This document shows, piece after piece, positions 14,556 to 26,615 of a stretch of DNA of 64,000 nt (the first letter of the stretch is position 1; the number at the start of each line of letters is the position of its first letter). The translations under genes and the position numbers were made by a program. The notes beneath the pieces were generated by a model that saw nothing but the letters and a program-made list of their open reading frames with translations, did no database searches and had not been told where the DNA came from. The stretch is from Camelus ferus (taxonomy: Eukaryota): NCBI RefSeq assembly GCF_009834535.1, contig NC_045697.1, positions 21,454,001-21,518,000 on the forward strand, written 5' to 3'.

Positions 14556-14691
14556 CTGTTGGTATAATTGCATGCTCTTGGATATAAAGAAAATCTTTAT
14601 TAGAGTAAAGGAGGTGCTATGAATAACTGCACTGTGACAGCAATAATGAACCAAGACTTTCTAGGACAAAATAGGACATATGGTCACTCTA
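14556..14691. mobile_element. hAT-Blackjack MITE (MER94-like)
   Basis: Terminal ggacatatggtcactcta and internal agagtaaaggaggtgctatgaataa. Similar to the split copy at 60672-61607. Confidence 0.65.
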
Positions 14692-15177
14692 CCCAAACTT
14701 CCCAATTATAACTTAAAAAAAAAGAAAGAATTCTACAACTTTCACTTTACAAGTAAAGGATAAAAAAAAAAATGCTATACCAGAAAGACACCCTTGTAAG
14801 CCTGTAACAAACCAGAGACAGGTGGGGGTTGTGCAAAAAACAGTTCTACTGGAAGCAGATTTTTTTATAGAATGATGATAGTGAAAATACCATGCATAAG
14901 AATATATAAGATAACATATGTGAGATAAAGTAAAGCAGCAAGCATAGACCTCAAATCTTTAAATATTCATATCCATAGAAATAAAAGATGAAAGAATGTT
15001 CATTAAATATCCAATTGAAAAGCTTGGAAAAAATAACAATAGAAAAATGAAGGCAATAAATTATATAGAATAAATGTGTGAGTTATAAAACAAAAATACT
15101 CTATAAGAATAAATAAAAAGCAAAATGTCAAAAATACATATAAACTGACATACATAAACTGACAAATCACTTATGTT

Positions 15178-15325
15178 AAATAACCTCCCAGATAGTCCCC
15201 AAAGGCCCCCACCTCCCAGTATTCATAGTTTTGTATAATCTCCTTGCCTTGAGTGGAGGCTAGATTTATTAATTCAATTCTAATGAATTCAAGAGGTGAG
15301 AGGATGCCATTTCTGAGTTTAGGTT
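15178..15325 (+). mobile_element. MaLR LTR 5' fragment (MLT1E/F-like)
   Basis: cccacctcccagtattcatagttttgtataatctccttgccttgagtggaggctaga motif. Confidence 0.7.
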
Positions 15326-15333
15326 TCAGCACT

Positions 15334-16076
15334 GAACCCTCCTACACTGCTGGTAGGAATGTAGTTTGGTTCAGCCATTATGGAAAATAGTACGGAGATT
15401 CCTCAAAAAACTAAAAATAGACTTACCATATGATCTAGCAATCCCACTCCTAGATATACATTTGGAGGGAACTCTAATTCAAAAAGATACATGCACCCCA
15501 GTGTTCACAGCAGCACTATATACAATAGCCAAGACATGGAAACAACCTAAATGTCCATCAACAGATGACTAAATAAAGCAGCTGTGGTATATTTATACAA
15601 TGGAATACTACTCAGCCATAAAAAATAAAATAATGCCATTTGTAGCAATAAGGATTGGACCTAGAGATTGTCATTCTAAGTGAAGTAATCCAGAAAGAGA
15701 AAGAAAAATACCATATGATATCACTCATATATAGAATCTAAAAAAATAGTAAAAAAGAGGACACTAATGAACTCATCTACAAAACAGAAACAGACTCGCA
15801 GACATAGAAAACAATTTATAGTTGCAGGGAGAAAAGGGGTGGGATGGGATAAATTTGAGAGTTTGAGATTTGCAAATGTTAGCCACTACATATAAAAATA
15901 TATTTCTAAAAATTTCTTCTGTATAGCACAGGGAACTATATTCAACATATTATAATAACCTTTAATAAAAAAGAATATGAAAAGTAATAATATGTATGTA
16001 TATGCATGATGGGGTCATTGTGCTGTACACCAGAAACTGACACATTGTAACTGACTGCAATTCAATCAAAAAAAAA
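15334..16076 (+). mobile_element. Young lineage-specific L1, ORF2 C-terminus plus 3'UTR plus A-tail, 5'-truncated
   Basis: ORF 15366-15572 (VQPLWKIVRRFLKKLKIDLPYDLAIPLL...DTCTPVFTAALYTIAKTWKQPKCPSTDD) is the L1 ORF2p C-terminus. 3'UTR ends gcaattcaatc-A9. Confidence 0.95.
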
Positions 16077-17074
16077 CACAGTACTAAGTAATCAAATCAA
16101 AAATAAAACGGGAATGATAAGGCAGAAACACACAAAATAAGAAATTTCAAGGCGACTATAGCTGATGAGAAAGGTAAAAAAATTAATAAGCAAATTTGTA
16201 ATTAGTAGGACTTTTTTTAAGAGAAGTGGGCTGGGTATGTTAGTGGTATGAATACATGATGCCTCACTGTAAAGGAAAGCTTACTTTTAAATGCAAATAC
16301 TAGACATCATTGTTTTAACTAAATGATTAAGCCTAGCATTGCTCATGGTGAAACAGCTTGATACGAGCCTCTTGAGGTGTTGTAACAAAGTACAGAGCAT
16401 TACCCAAGAAGTACTTAGCCACGTGTGTTTTATCTGGATCTTACAAAATCTTTAAATCAAGTTCCCCATTAGAGGAAATACAGGTACACAGAGATCATCG
16501 AAACAGGCTACTTCCTCTCTCCCCATCCCCAGCCACCACAGAGTACATACTGGACACAATTTAACCTCTCTGGGGGTAAATTTCTTTCTTTCTTTTCAGC
16601 AATAGAATAACTTTCTGGGAAAGATTAAATCAGCAATTTCTCTGACTACCTATCTTGCTCCTTCAGTTTCTGTTAAACTTTTCCTCTGAAAACACTAAGT
16701 GTTGGTTTCTATATACCTCATTTTGTCTTAGATAACTTCTTCAAAAACTAATATTTGACTTATACTAAATATTTGGTAGATTTGCCGCCAGTTGTGGGTA
16801 GTAACATTTTTCTAGTAAGGTGTTGGCTTTTTGCACCTTGGTGGTGAATTAATACAAATTCTAAAATCCTGAACCAAGTATACCATTCCCCAGTGAGATA
16901 CAACTCAGTCGATTTCCTAGAAGATCCTTGACTTCATCCAGAAATTCACAATGCCTCCTGCCACAAAGTAGTTTACGAAGTTGGAAAGTTTTGGGGTTTT
17001 TTTCTTTTACCTTTATAACTGAAATGTAAAAATTCTGGTCTTTTTACTTATGAAGTATGTTAATTTTTGGACTA

Positions 17075-17437
17075 TGCTTGGATTGAGTTGTGTTCCCCTC
17101 GAAATTCATATATTGAAGCCCTAACCCCCAAAGTGGCTGTATTTGGAGAGAGGGCTTTTAAGCAGGTATTAAAGGATAAATTAGGTTATAGGACATAATT
17201 CAATATGACTGGTGTCCCTGTAGGAAGAGGAGGAGACAGCAGGGATGGGCGCGCACAGAGAACAGGCCAAGAACAGGCATTCATCTGCAAGCCAAGGAGA
17301 GAAGTCTCAGGAGAAACCAAATTTGTAAATACTTTGGTCTTGAACTTTCAACTTGCAGAACAAGGGGAAATAAATGTTTGTTGTTTAAGCCACCCATTCT
17401 ATAAAATCCTGTTGTGGCAGACTAGCAGGCTAATACA
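17075..17437 (+). mobile_element. MaLR solo LTR (MLT1A/B-like), full length
   Basis: TG...CA ends. Motifs aaattcatatattgaagccctaaccccc, atctgcaagccaaggagaga, aataaatgtttgttgtttaagccaccca, ctaataca. Confidence 0.9.
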
Positions 17438-18383
17438 CATCGTAATTTTTAAATTTCCCCCTAGAAATTTGATATCGAGGGGGATTTATATTAAAATCTG
17501 GAATTCCTAATATTGTCATCAGAGTATATTTATACTCTCATTCAATCTAACGGCATAGCCTTGGAGGATCTATGCTGGGGAAACATAACAAGCTTTGATT
17601 TGGAGTGGGAAATAAAAAAGCCAATGAATTTTCAGATCAAACTTTAGAGGCTTGTGGGGAACACAGTAACAGTCCTTCTAGAAGTATCGACAAAGGAGCG
17701 GCTGTTGGTGGTGTGCGTGCTGCTGCCTTAGGAATGAGGGAGGACCGTCTTGAGGGAACACTGAGCTCCTTCCTCGCGAGCAGTGTCCACATCTCTGGTT
17801 AAGCAGAAGCCTGATACTCAATTCAAATTAATTAAGGAAACACAAACCAGTGTAGTATTATAGGAGAAGAATTTCCTTTCCTTGGCTTTAGGTTTCCATG
17901 TGGAAAGAGTTCTACCATAGTTACAAGACTAGACTCTTTCCACCTCCTCACTGACTTCTCTGCAGGAAAAAAAAGGATTGTCTACCTGACTGCTAAGTTT
18001 GGAGTCAAGTCAAGGTGTGTCTGGCTCAAGAATTTTCTTTTTACTTTACCTTTGGTATCAGCTTACCTGCATAGGTTAAGCGTCTATTCTCCTGTCCTTC
18101 TCCATCTTCTAAACTGTATACCCATTACTTGATAGGGAAACCTCTGTGGTCCACCTCAGCCTGTGTCAGACTGAATATGACTGCCTATTTCCGGAGTGCA
18201 ACTTTAGCAAACCATTTGGCCATATCCAAGTCAGGCTTGTCTGTGTAGCTTTTCTAGGATTAAGAAAAAAAAAGGTGATGGTTGAATTTTCATCTGTTGA
18301 CTTAAATTTACTTGCCAATTGTTTCCAAATTGAACGAGAAAGAGGACATCATTACTAGCTTATTGTATTTCAATAATGCAAGT

Positions 18384-19168
18384 TAGTGTTCTCCAAAATA
18401 AATTGTTCCTTTCCCATGGAAATATGGGATAATCCAATGGGGAGTATTAAAAATAATATTAGAATGTTCAGGATTTTTATCTAAAAATAAGAGAAAAGGC
18501 ATTGTTGCATTAATACTTAATACAAGGAAAGAGAGCTTTCTATTTACGAACAATTACTGTGTGTGAGACATACTTTAGGTTCTGGGGAGCCAGTGATAAA
18601 AGAGACAGACAAAGATCCACCACATAAAACACCTCCTTTCTGTCAAGGTTTTGTAAAATAGGGAAGCAAACGATTGCATATGTAATTTAATTTTAGTGAT
18701 AAGTGCAATGAGAACTAATAAGGCAGAGAAAGCAGGTAGACCATGGTGGAGGGATGTTGACAAAGATGCTACTTTTTAGGACCAAGTGTAAGGTTTCAGC
18801 AGAGGCCAGAAGGAAGTAAAAGGGTGACCCATGGGAAAAGTTCCTCTGACATGAAATATCATGGCATGTCTGAGGAAAAGTGCTACATCATATGGGGGTG
18901 GTGTGGGCTTGGGAGATGGGAGGAGGAGCCAGCCGGAAGGAGAGGAGCCAGCACATGAGAGGTTTCCTGGCATGGCTGGGATTTTGGATATTAGTCAGTG
19001 TGTGATAGGTCATTGGAAACTTCTGAGCAGGTGAGGTAATGACACGATCTGATTTACCTTTTTAAATGATCTCTCTGGCTCCTGCATGAAGGAAAATAAA
19101 AATGTATTGAGGAATGTTCTTCTTTTATTTTTAATGCAAGCATGTTAAAAAATGTTTGAGGGCCATTG
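18384..19168. mobile_element. Possible hAT-Charlie MITE ends enclosing an L2 fragment
   Basis: Degenerate TIR-like ends tagtgttctccaaa and tttgagggccattg. No 8-bp TSD visible. Confidence 0.35.
18570..19095 (-). mobile_element. L2 fragment
   Basis: taggttctggggagccagtgataaaagagacagacaaagatcc and gacacgatctgatttacctttttaaatgatctctctggct are antisense L2-like motifs. Confidence 0.7.
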
Positions 19169-19289
19169 ATCCTACAAATAAATGAATGTTTCAATTTTCT
19201 ACACCTGCTCTTATGAGAAACAGATCAAGCCAAGATTTTTTTTAATGATATCCTAGAACTTATATGAAAATAGTATCAATAGAAATGCC

Positions 19290-19515
19290 ATGGGATTTAG
19301 GGTCAGACCAAAACTAGAAATTAGTTCCAACTTGATCTCAGCCTAACCATGGGATGTCAGGTTAAGTTATTTGTGTTATTGGGGGCCTCCATTTCTTTGT
19401 CTGCAAAATTACGATAATAATTATCATCTGGATTGTTTCTGTATGGACTAGAGCTATGCTTATTGCATTTAGTCCAGAGCAGAAAAACCAATAACTGTTG
19501 TTTCTCATTATTACT
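19290..19515 (+). mobile_element. MIR SINE
   Basis: aagttattt...gcctccatttctttgtctgcaaaattacgataataa core, tail cattattact. Confidence 0.65.
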
Positions 19516-20898
19516 GATGGCCAGATGTGTTGGACAAACAGAATTCAAATAACAAAAAAAAAAAAAAAAAATCAGTTGAATTTTGCAGAACTCTGCTGAG
19601 AATATCCAGATCTCCAGATTTCCCAAAAGATGAATATACGAAGGGCAGAGGATAAACTGCTAGGGGTAGAAGGCATAGTGGCGGAGACTGAGAAATAGTC
19701 AGGCCAAGGATAAAGTAACTAAGATGACAACCATATGGTCAGTAATAGACAAGGTTTCCCGCCTGTCATTTCCTCTGTTTGAAAAATAATGTCATTTCAT
19801 TTCCGGAGAGGCCCTTGGAGACAATAAAGTACCCTTCCAGCTCCTGCAATAGATTTATGAATAATTTTATCAAACCATTCAGGATAACTCAAGTCCAAAA
19901 TTACTTTCAAGGGAAGTAACCATTTAATTGAGGCAAAATTGTTTGGTTTTGCTCCAATTATCCAGTTAATTACTTTCATTTTGTGTTTTACTTTTCGTGT
20001 GTTGGCAACCACTTGGTCTTGTAATCCAGCGTTTGCTTTCTTTTCATGCTCCTTTGTGCACAAGTTGGAAGATACAACCTCATTCCTCTGTAACTTTGTT
20101 CTTTTCCATGTCATTGATTTCTCCCTGTGGATCTAATCGAGCTTAAGCTTGGGTATGTTCATTTGTTTTCTGTTTGTCACGAGTAACCCTGATGATGTAG
20201 TCTTGTTTCTGAGAATAATGTGTTTACTGGAGACTTACTGTTGCAGAACAAAGTGAAGAAATAAGGCATATGGAAGAGAGAGAGGTTGGGTGAGATGAGA
20301 ACACCTTCAAATAATAGAACAGAATGTTACTTAATCAGTAAAAAGAAAGTGAATGCTTGGCAATAATCTTTTTATTTTTTTCAAATATGGAAAAGAAAAA
20401 GAAAGTGTAGGAGAAAAGAAAAGCAAAAACAAGGTAGGCCATAGCCAACTGATAAATTTAGTACCTGAAATAAATTCTGAAACATACTTCATAATCAAAT
20501 ATTACAGTTCTTTAAGCGGTGACCACAGTAATCAGATGATTTCCGAAATTTCACGGAAAATTGCCATATGTAAACCACGCCTAATGATGTTAGTAAAGCC
20601 ATTTCTCTATTTTATGTGTGTGTATGCATGTGTGTATATTATCCACAGAGAAACACACTTAAGAATATATCTCTCATAATGACGTGACAGGTAAATAAAC
20701 ATCTGATCGTTTGATTCATTGTACGTGCACTCCGATCTAAAAGAACATTCCTATTAAGTGTTCAGGTGAGCATTTCTTGAAGTATGTCCTCTAGAATTCT
20801 CGTCCCAGAAATTGCTTTACAAGCATGTTCTCTGTGATCAATTTCACTTGAACATTCTCTCTCTAGGTATTTGCTTTAAGCTTTGTTTTCAGATGTCC

Positions 20899-21528
20899 TG
20901 TTAAAACCAAGCCCTCCAGTCTTCAAAAGCCCCTCTGTGTTCGCAATTTCTTATCTGTAGAAAATGGCTTTAGTCTCCTAGGGCTTCCTTAGGTCCCAAA
21001 GAAAAAACTCAAGCAGCTATTAACTAGGGAAATGAGGAATTGTAGAAACAAAGGAAAGGCAGTCAAGCAAGAAAAGAACGCTAGCTTGCACAGTAGTTCA
21101 GTGACAGAACAGAGTCCTAGCTCCTCTTCAGGGCACATACAGAGCAACCTGAGGCACATCACTGAGTTGTTCTGCAGAAGCTAAGGGTCCCCCACCCACC
21201 CAGGCGGAGGATGTTGCTGACCACAAGCACATAGACCCCAGACTCGTTGGAACCAGAAGATTGATGATTCAGATTCCTGAAACATCACCCTGTTATCTCA
21301 CCACCAATCAATCAGAAGAAAGTCCAGGAGCTGCAACCCTTATCCCAAACGTTGCCTTTAGAAACCCTCCCCTGAAAGCCATCTTGGAGTTTGGGTCTTT
21401 TGAGCATTAACTGCACCTTCTCCTTGCGTGGCACCCTGAAATAAATGCTATGCTTTCCTTCAGCCCAGTATCAATAGATTGGTTCTGCTGCATGGTGAGT
21501 GAGCAGATCCAAGTTTACGTCAATAACA
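20899..21528 (+). mobile_element. ERV (class I-like) solo LTR, ~630 bp
   Basis: Terminal inverted TGTTA...TAACA. CCAAT at 21304, TATA-like tttagaaa at 21357, AATAAA at 21440. Higher GC than the flanks. Confidence 0.75.
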
Positions 21529-21608
21529 ATTCATGAACATCAGCAAAGATTACCAGAATTAATTCTTCTGTTATGTATTAGTCACAGAAAATAATACAGG
21601 GGAAAGCC

Positions 21609-21799
21609 TTTTTTTTTTTAATTGAAGTATTGTTGATTTACAATATTGTGTTAGTTTCAGTTGTACAACAAAGTGATTCAGTTATACACATATATGTATA
21701 TTATCTATATTCCTATCTTTGATTCTTTTCCATTATAGGTTATTACAAGACGTTGAAGATAGTTCCCTGTGCTAGACAGTAAACCCTTGTTGTTTATCT
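21609..21799 (-). mobile_element. Short L1 3'-end insertion with degenerate TSD
   Basis: Poly(T) then aattgaagtattgttgatttacaatattgtgttagtttcag. Flanks aggggaaagcctt (21598) and agggaagagccatt (21800). Confidence 0.9.
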
Positions 21800-24700
21800 A
21801 GGGAAGAGCCATTTTTAACAAATGGTTTTTAATAAATGGCATCTTGATACATATTATCTTTTTTTAATTACTAAATTGTTTAATAAAAATACAGGTCCTC
21901 ACCACCTGCCCAATGCTTCAATCAATGCACAGAATGTTAACCGAGTGTTTGTTTAGCTTAAAGACTAAACACATATATAAGCATAGATTTAAGCCCAACA
22001 GGAAAAGAAGGACCTGTATATATTCATATGGATACATATTACTTTTTGTGGGGGGTGATTTATTGTACATATGCTATATCCCAAACACATGGCCTGTCTT
22101 ATAGATCTTGCCAGTCCTAAAGATCTTTCAGGCCCCAGGCCTCAAAGAGATCACAATCTAGTTGAGAAAACTATCGTTTATTAACAGCTATGAAATAATG
22201 TGGTAGTGATTAGCTCTAATGAAAAGATTAAGAAGGAGGGAGCAGGTCGGAGGAGGGTACAGTAAAATTAATTGAAGAAATAATTGCATTCTTGTAAAAA
22301 GACAATAGATTATTAGGAAGTGAATATAACTGTATTGAAATGTGACCTATATTTTTGGCTACAAACAGAAACTGGCAGATTTTCCACACTCTTAAAATGA
22401 ACTAAACCACAGTGGAGTGGTCCTGCTCATTTTGTGCATCACAATAAGAGATGTAAATCTCTGCGTGGATCTGGAGTCCGTAGGCATTGAAGATGGATGG
22501 CTGAAGGACCTGAATCAGTCATGCTGCGATCCACTGGAATTTCACTCTCCAGTCTAGAGAAAGGGTACAGGTGATCTCATTATAAGGGCTTGCTAGAGAA
22601 AGAAGCTGAATTGTGAAATAAACTCCTGATGACTATAGTCCTCTCCCTGTGGAGACATTTGCATCACAAAAATTCCCTCATCACTGATCTTGTCATTATT
22701 CATATTGATGGTGTCAGCAGAGGAAACAAGAGCTGAATGTCTCTGAACAATAAACTTCTGATTTACCTTCATTTTAGTAGGGAGTTGTGCTATGTCCTGA
22801 ATTAGAAAAAAAAGTCAGAAATAAACTTTAATAAAAATCACTTATATTGGAAGTTATGTTGAGCTTTACATTTTCCAGCAGAGCTTATGTGATTTTGTAT
22901 AAAGAAGTTTCCTGTGTATCTATAGGAACACACTTTGTTTACTCATTTATCCAGTATCTCCAATATTTTTAACAAGTCCCATTGTTTTCTCTTCTTTACA
23001 CATGCCCAACTCTGATATTTCATATAGAAAAGTAATGAAATAAAAGCGGTTAAACACTGTTTTTGAAAAGAGTATCCTTCTTATATTTCAAATGCTTTAG
23101 GACATGGGCCACCTGATTTAGCAATCATGTCTCTTATATATATACATACAGATTTACATAGCTATTGAACCTGATTTATGGAAAATATATTATTTCCATA
23201 ATGCCTTGGACACTTATGTAGTATATTTGCAATAAGTGAATCTTTTAAAAATGTTTATATCAGAATCCACTTTTATCCCTTGACTGCCCCTGGAATTATA
23301 TATTCAAGGACTGCATACATAAAGAGTTCAGCTCTGCACATACTGAAAGAAGCAGTGATCAATTATAGAAAAGAACAGAACCTGATGAAAGCCAAGGTCA
23401 CTGTAATTTACTAGTGATTACCTTAAAAATGAATATGTGACTACATGACGAGTGACTTCCAAAAACTGCACTTTCCTAAATGTCAAGAAATTTTCCTTTC
23501 AAGAATCATTTGGCAGTTGGTCTTTGCTATCATATTTCTATTAAATTACATATTTGATTTGACAACATTTGTTTATCAGAGCAGGTTGAATGTTCCATTA
23601 AAACCCTTGGCTCTCTGATGATATTTTTATTAAAGTGAACTGTCTATTGCCTTTTTTCAGTGCATCTGCTTCTTTTGTAGAAAGCATTAGAACAAGGACT
23701 TGTTCATTTCTGTGTGCTTATAAAATGAGCAGTGTCCTTCCATAACATAATTAGGTATTGCAGCTCTAGCTAAGAAGTAAATGCAAGCCATGGTAGGTGT
23801 GTTTATAATTTATTTCAGTGAAGAGATAACAAAACTTTTGACAGGATGAGACAGATCTGGCTGCCCTGGATTAAAAGAGAGGTTTAGATTTATGTAATAG
23901 TCAGTTACTTGCAAAAAGGGTCTTGAAGGTGAAAAGAAAGAGCAAACTATACAAAATACGTGCCCTTCTGCAGCATCAGGAAATAGTGGAACCAATTCCA
24001 CCATTTTGGGTTTTCTGTTACCATTGGTTGAAGATTAGATTCTCTGTCAACCTTCAGGTTTTGACTGTACTGACAGGTACTGACTTTTGGAAGTTTATAC
24101 ATTAAGCAATTAATGAATAAGAATACAATGTATTCATTTCATTATCATAGTTACTCCAGAATCAAAGCTAGATGAAGGCCAGGCCTCTAGAGGATAATTA
24201 CATGAGCAGAGATAGCATTGTGCAGTATCATTTAGAGAAGATGGTCTAGTGTCTTGGTCATGCTAGGTCGGGATGAGGATCTGGGTACCTGTGAGAGCTG
24301 AAAGTGTATCTCCCTCTCATTAAGAGAGGAGAAAAGGAAAAGGGGGGTGGAAATACTTTTGCTACTTTATTTAATCCACATGAAACTCACTAAAATCTTT
24401 ACCATAATCCTGAATTGAAAGGATTTTTTCCTCTCAATATAGCCCTGGTACCAAGCTTTGAAACTCTTTTATGAAACTGGTACTATGAAGCCAAGAATAG
24501 CACGGTCATCCATTGACTATGGTCATAAAAATACCATATTCTGAAGAGACCAAGACACACTTCATTGTTTTAACACAAAGTAATAGAAATCTTCAGATTA
24601 TGTCTGGATATACAAAAATATAAAACAAATCTTAAATTTTCTAAGTTTGATCATCCCCTCCTGTCATATATGATTCCTTGAGGAAGAAAGAAGTTCTCAC

Positions 24701-24989
24701 ATATCCTTCTTCTGATTTACCTGAGAAATGGCTTCCTGTGTTTCATGATCTGTTAACCCCTCATGATTGTGAATCTGTGTTTCTTTCCTCCACCCATTAT
24801 TGGTGCTTCCTCATCTAAATATGATGCTCCTTTAATTACTCTCTATCTGTTGCTTGCACCTAAACAACTTCATAGTCTTGTGCCTAACTGGGTTTGAAAT
24901 TAAAGAGTAGTGGAAGGAAATATTTGGGAGGGAAGAAATTCAGTCGTTTTCTTTTTTCCTGGAGATACACATTTTTTGTTGTTGTTCTT

Positions 24990-25140
24990 TACATTAATTA
25001 ATTTAATCATTCATGCATTAATGGATACATAATCCATTGCCTCCCATAAGCCAGGGCAGCATTAGGCACTTTATAAAGATGATTAAACAAACAATCTCTT
25101 CCCACAAACATACACAGGAATTCTATAGGGAATATCAAAA
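24990..25140 (-). mobile_element. L2 3' end
   Basis: aatcattcatgcattaatggatacataatccattgcctcccataagccagggcagcattaggcact resembles the antisense L2 tail. Confidence 0.5.
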
Positions 25141-25250
25141 CCCAAAAGTTAAAGTTTTGTAATATGTGAGTTTCCAGGAGACATCAATTACACTCATTAT
25201 GTCAAAACAGCATATGATAGCAATACGCTATTTAGAGTCAGTTTAGATCT

Positions 25251-25940
25251 ATGTCTATTCAGATTCTCTGCCCATTTTTTAATCAGGTTGTTTGCTTGTT
25301 TGTTTTTGAGTTGTATGAGTTCTTTATGTATTTTGGAACTTAACCCCTCATTGAATATATGATTTGCAAGTATCTTCTCCCATTCAACAGGTTTCTTTTC
25401 ATTTTGATGATGACATCCTTTGCTGGATGGAAGATTTTTTGTTTGATGCAGTCCCATTGGTTTATTTGTTTATATTTGCTTCTGTTTCCCTTTCCTGAGG
25501 AGACATAGGCCAAAAGATATTGCTAAGACCAATGTCAAAGAGCCTATGTTTTCTTCTAGGAGTCTTATGGCTTCTGATCTTCAAGTCTTTAAGCAACTTT
25601 GAGTTAATTTTTGTGTATGATGTAAGATAGTGATGTGAGACATTAGTTTGAACACAGATGTCCAGTTTTCCCAACACCATTTATTAAAGACATTATCCTT
25701 TCTCCATTGTATGTCTTGACTCCTTCATTGTAAATTAGCTATCCAAATCTGTGTGGGTTTATTTCCTGGTTCCAGCTCTTTATGTATACCATCCACCCAC
25801 CTTCAGATGTGTGAATCTCTCCAGTATCCTGTTACGTTTGGCCACAGAACTTTTGTTGAATTATGGATGTTTTATTAGTTGTAGATTGAAGGGGAGAGGA
25901 ATAGAAACATCTCTTACTGCCATGATGCTGACATCTCTCC
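25251..25940 (-). mobile_element. L1 fragment: late ORF2 (25251-25765) joined directly to an apparent L1 5'UTR start (25766-25940)
   Basis: ORF 25197-25457 ([49 protein letters not shown]) is ORF2p. The right part reads ggagagatgtcagcatcatggcag...ctctccccttcaatctacaac...catctgaaggtgggtgga on the minus strand, resembling laurasiatherian L1 5' ends. Confidence 0.8.
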
Positions 25941-26615
25941 TTAATTATCATTTTTTTGGCTCATCCCATTTTATTATTTTGGCTTGCTCTAGCATTATGT
26001 ATTGAGGAACAAGGTAAGAAACGTGGTTTTATTTATATGGGAAATAATATTGCTGGATTTAATATTTGTGTATATCAAAAATACTCTGGAATGTCTATCT
26101 CCTATGAGTCAATTATTATATAAACTTTGATATAGTAAATATGTGAATACATTACTTAAATATAATTTTTTCCAATATTTACTTCATAATTCTTAAAAAA
26201 AAAACAGTTTTGACTGTAATTGCATATTCTCAGTTCCTTACTTGAGGAATTCCCATCCTTGTTACCAAACTATCTTACTATATTGTCACATTCAGTGATC
26301 TTATTTCTCTTTGCCACTTCATTCACTGCCTTCTTTATTTTCAGAACCATCAGTATTTTCCTGCTGTAACGGAAAGAGCTGCAATATGCTTACTTTTATG
26401 TCAAAGGGTTTCATTAATGTGCCTTGGTTATCTCGGTGCTATATGAAAGCTAACTAAAAAACTTATTTGACCAAATCTTATTGTTAGTCAAATTCATACT
26501 CAATTCAGTCATTCAGTTCTTCACCCTGCATCTTCTAGGATATCGTAGGATTTTTAGCTTTATTTCCAAAACACATGAGATCTATCAAGATTAAAGTCTC
26601 ACAAGTTTTATCTTT

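Noticed and set aside
15327..16086. TSD cagcact / cagtact around the 15334 L1
   Set aside because: Only 7 bp with a mismatch, and the upstream MaLR LTR does not resume afterwards. Not reliable.
17690..17800. Small GC/CpG-richer patch as a promoter
   Set aside because: Far too short for a CpG island and no supporting gene structure.
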